From Octopus bimaculoides (lineage: Eukaryota), in the NCBI RefSeq assembly GCF_001194135.2, contig NC_068989.1:29133030-29197029 (forward strand): 64,000 nt of DNA. The letters are read 5' to 3'. The position numbers were made by a program, and so were the translations under genes. The notes beneath the pieces were generated by a model that did not search any database, was not told where the DNA came from, and saw only the letters and a program-made list of their open reading frames with translations. Positions 62,740-64,000 of the stretch are shown here, piece after piece; position 1 is the first letter of the stretch, and each line of letters opens with the position of its first letter.

Positions 62740-63650
62740 AGAGGGCACCACAGTACTACCATTTACCATGCGGAACACATGATCAGCGATCTCAGCAGCC
62801 AACAGACACCACTAGGCAGCAGAATGGGATGCTCTGCAGAACCAACAGACTTTCAACATGGTCAGGTGGTCAGGTGCCACTTGTCTAATAATCCTATGCA
62901 CAAGATTTCCATCCTCCTGAACATTCCTACATCTACAATTTACAATGTAATAATGAAGTGGAAACATAAAAGGACGTGTACAACCCTAAAGTATTTGAGC
63001 TGACCTCCCATGTTAACCTCTAGAGACCATCGAGTGTTGAAGAGGATCATACAGCATAATTGTCTATCACCCTTCATCACCATCACACAAACTGCAGCAG
63101 GATCTACTCCAAGCACCGTGACTGTTTGGTGCAAAGTGCAGAAACTTGGTCTCCATGGAAGAGCAGCTGCCCATAAGCCACGTATGACACAGACAAATGT
63201 CCAATGCCGCTTCGCATGGTGTAAAAAGCATCAAAACTGGACTATAGAACAGCAGAAAACCGTTGTGTGGAGTGATGAATCATGGTGCACAATGTGGCAA
63301 TCTGATGGTAGGGTGTGGGTGTAGTGAATGCCTGGTGAACGTTATGTACAAGCCTGTATAGTGCTGACTGTGGAATACAGCAGTGGTGGGGTCATGGTGT
63401 GGTTGTGTTTCTCCTGGAGGGGACTTGGAACTCTTGTTGCTTTATGTGGCACTGTCACAGCACAAGTTTACAAAGACATTTTAACCACTTTCATGTTGCC
63501 TATCATTGAAGACCATTTCAGGGATGACCACTGGGTCTTTCAACACAATCAAGCACCTGTCCCATACTGCAGGGATTGTAAGGGTTTGATGACAGCATCC
63601 CATTAATGGACAGGCCTGTGCAGAGTCCTGATTTAAATTCCATTGAATAG
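62740..63650 (+). mobile_element. Tc1 (DD34E-type) transposase pseudogene, truncated by an RTE insertion
   Basis: GQVVRCH..ISILLNIPTSTI, AAHKPRMT..RFAWCK..W..VVWSDES, GGVMVWLCFSWRGLG, VFQHNQAP; stops and frameshifts are present. Confidence 0.9.
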
Positions 63651-64000
63651 TTACGGAGAGGGTCATAGCCCAACTAATTAGGGAGCGAATCAATTTAGAT
63701 GAGATGCAGTTTGGGTTCGTGCCAGGTAAAAGCACCACTGATGCCATATTTCTAGTAAGACAGCTGCAGGAGAAATATCTAGCCAAGGATAAACCTCTGT
63801 ACCTGGCCTTCGTTGACATGGAGAAAGCCTTTGACAGGGTCCCCCGATCCCTTATCTGGTGGTCAATGAGGAAACTTGGGATAGAAGAATGGTTAGTGAG
63901 AGCTGTGCGAGCCATGTACAGAGATGCTGTCAGTAAGGTGAGGGTTGGAAATGAGTACAGTAATGAATTCTGGGTAGAGGTAGGGGTCCACCAAGGTTCC
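63650..64000 (+). mobile_element. 5'-truncated RTE LINE continuing past the window end
   Basis: Close match to 53810-54145 (gatgagatgcagtttggg..gacatggagaaagcctttgacagggtcccccgatcc). Confidence 0.92.

Noticed and set aside
1-64000. CRISPR array, rRNA or prokaryotic operon
   Set aside because: No regular repeat-spacer array or rRNA-like sequence; the DNA is eukaryotic with spliceosomal signals and animal transposon families.

Overview
AT-rich, repeat-dense animal genomic DNA from a gapped scaffold (8 N-runs, most flanked by (TA)n/(CA)n microsatellites). The repeat families look like those of an octopus/cephalopod genome; this is pattern recognition, not a database result. The only confidently recognised host coding sequence is a 156-nt minus-strand exon (6399-6554) of a PHACTR (phosphatase and actin regulator) gene, so much of the window is probably PHACTR intronic or upstream sequence. 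The rest is decayed mobile DNA: RTE-clade LINEs and their detached 3' ends, several tRNA-derived SINE families, mariner/Tc1/DD37D transposase relics, a MULE with TIRs and an 11-bp TSD, Helitron-like pieces, and Penelope-like (GIY-YIG) elements with inverted termini. The most interesting signal is a small non-coding element present twice (41742-42222, 60230-60540). It joins a tRNA-like Pol III head to a tail carrying a minimal type I hammerhead ribozyme motif and is inserted with Penelope-style inverted, asymmetric termini. Also notable are a textbook recursive-splicing (ratchet) motif on the PHACTR strand at 60745/60746, an A16 run in the PHACTR NLS-like coding sequence, and several large fold-back structures. 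No rRNA, bona fide tRNA gene or CRISPR array is supported. Repeat boundaries are approximate and were read by eye.
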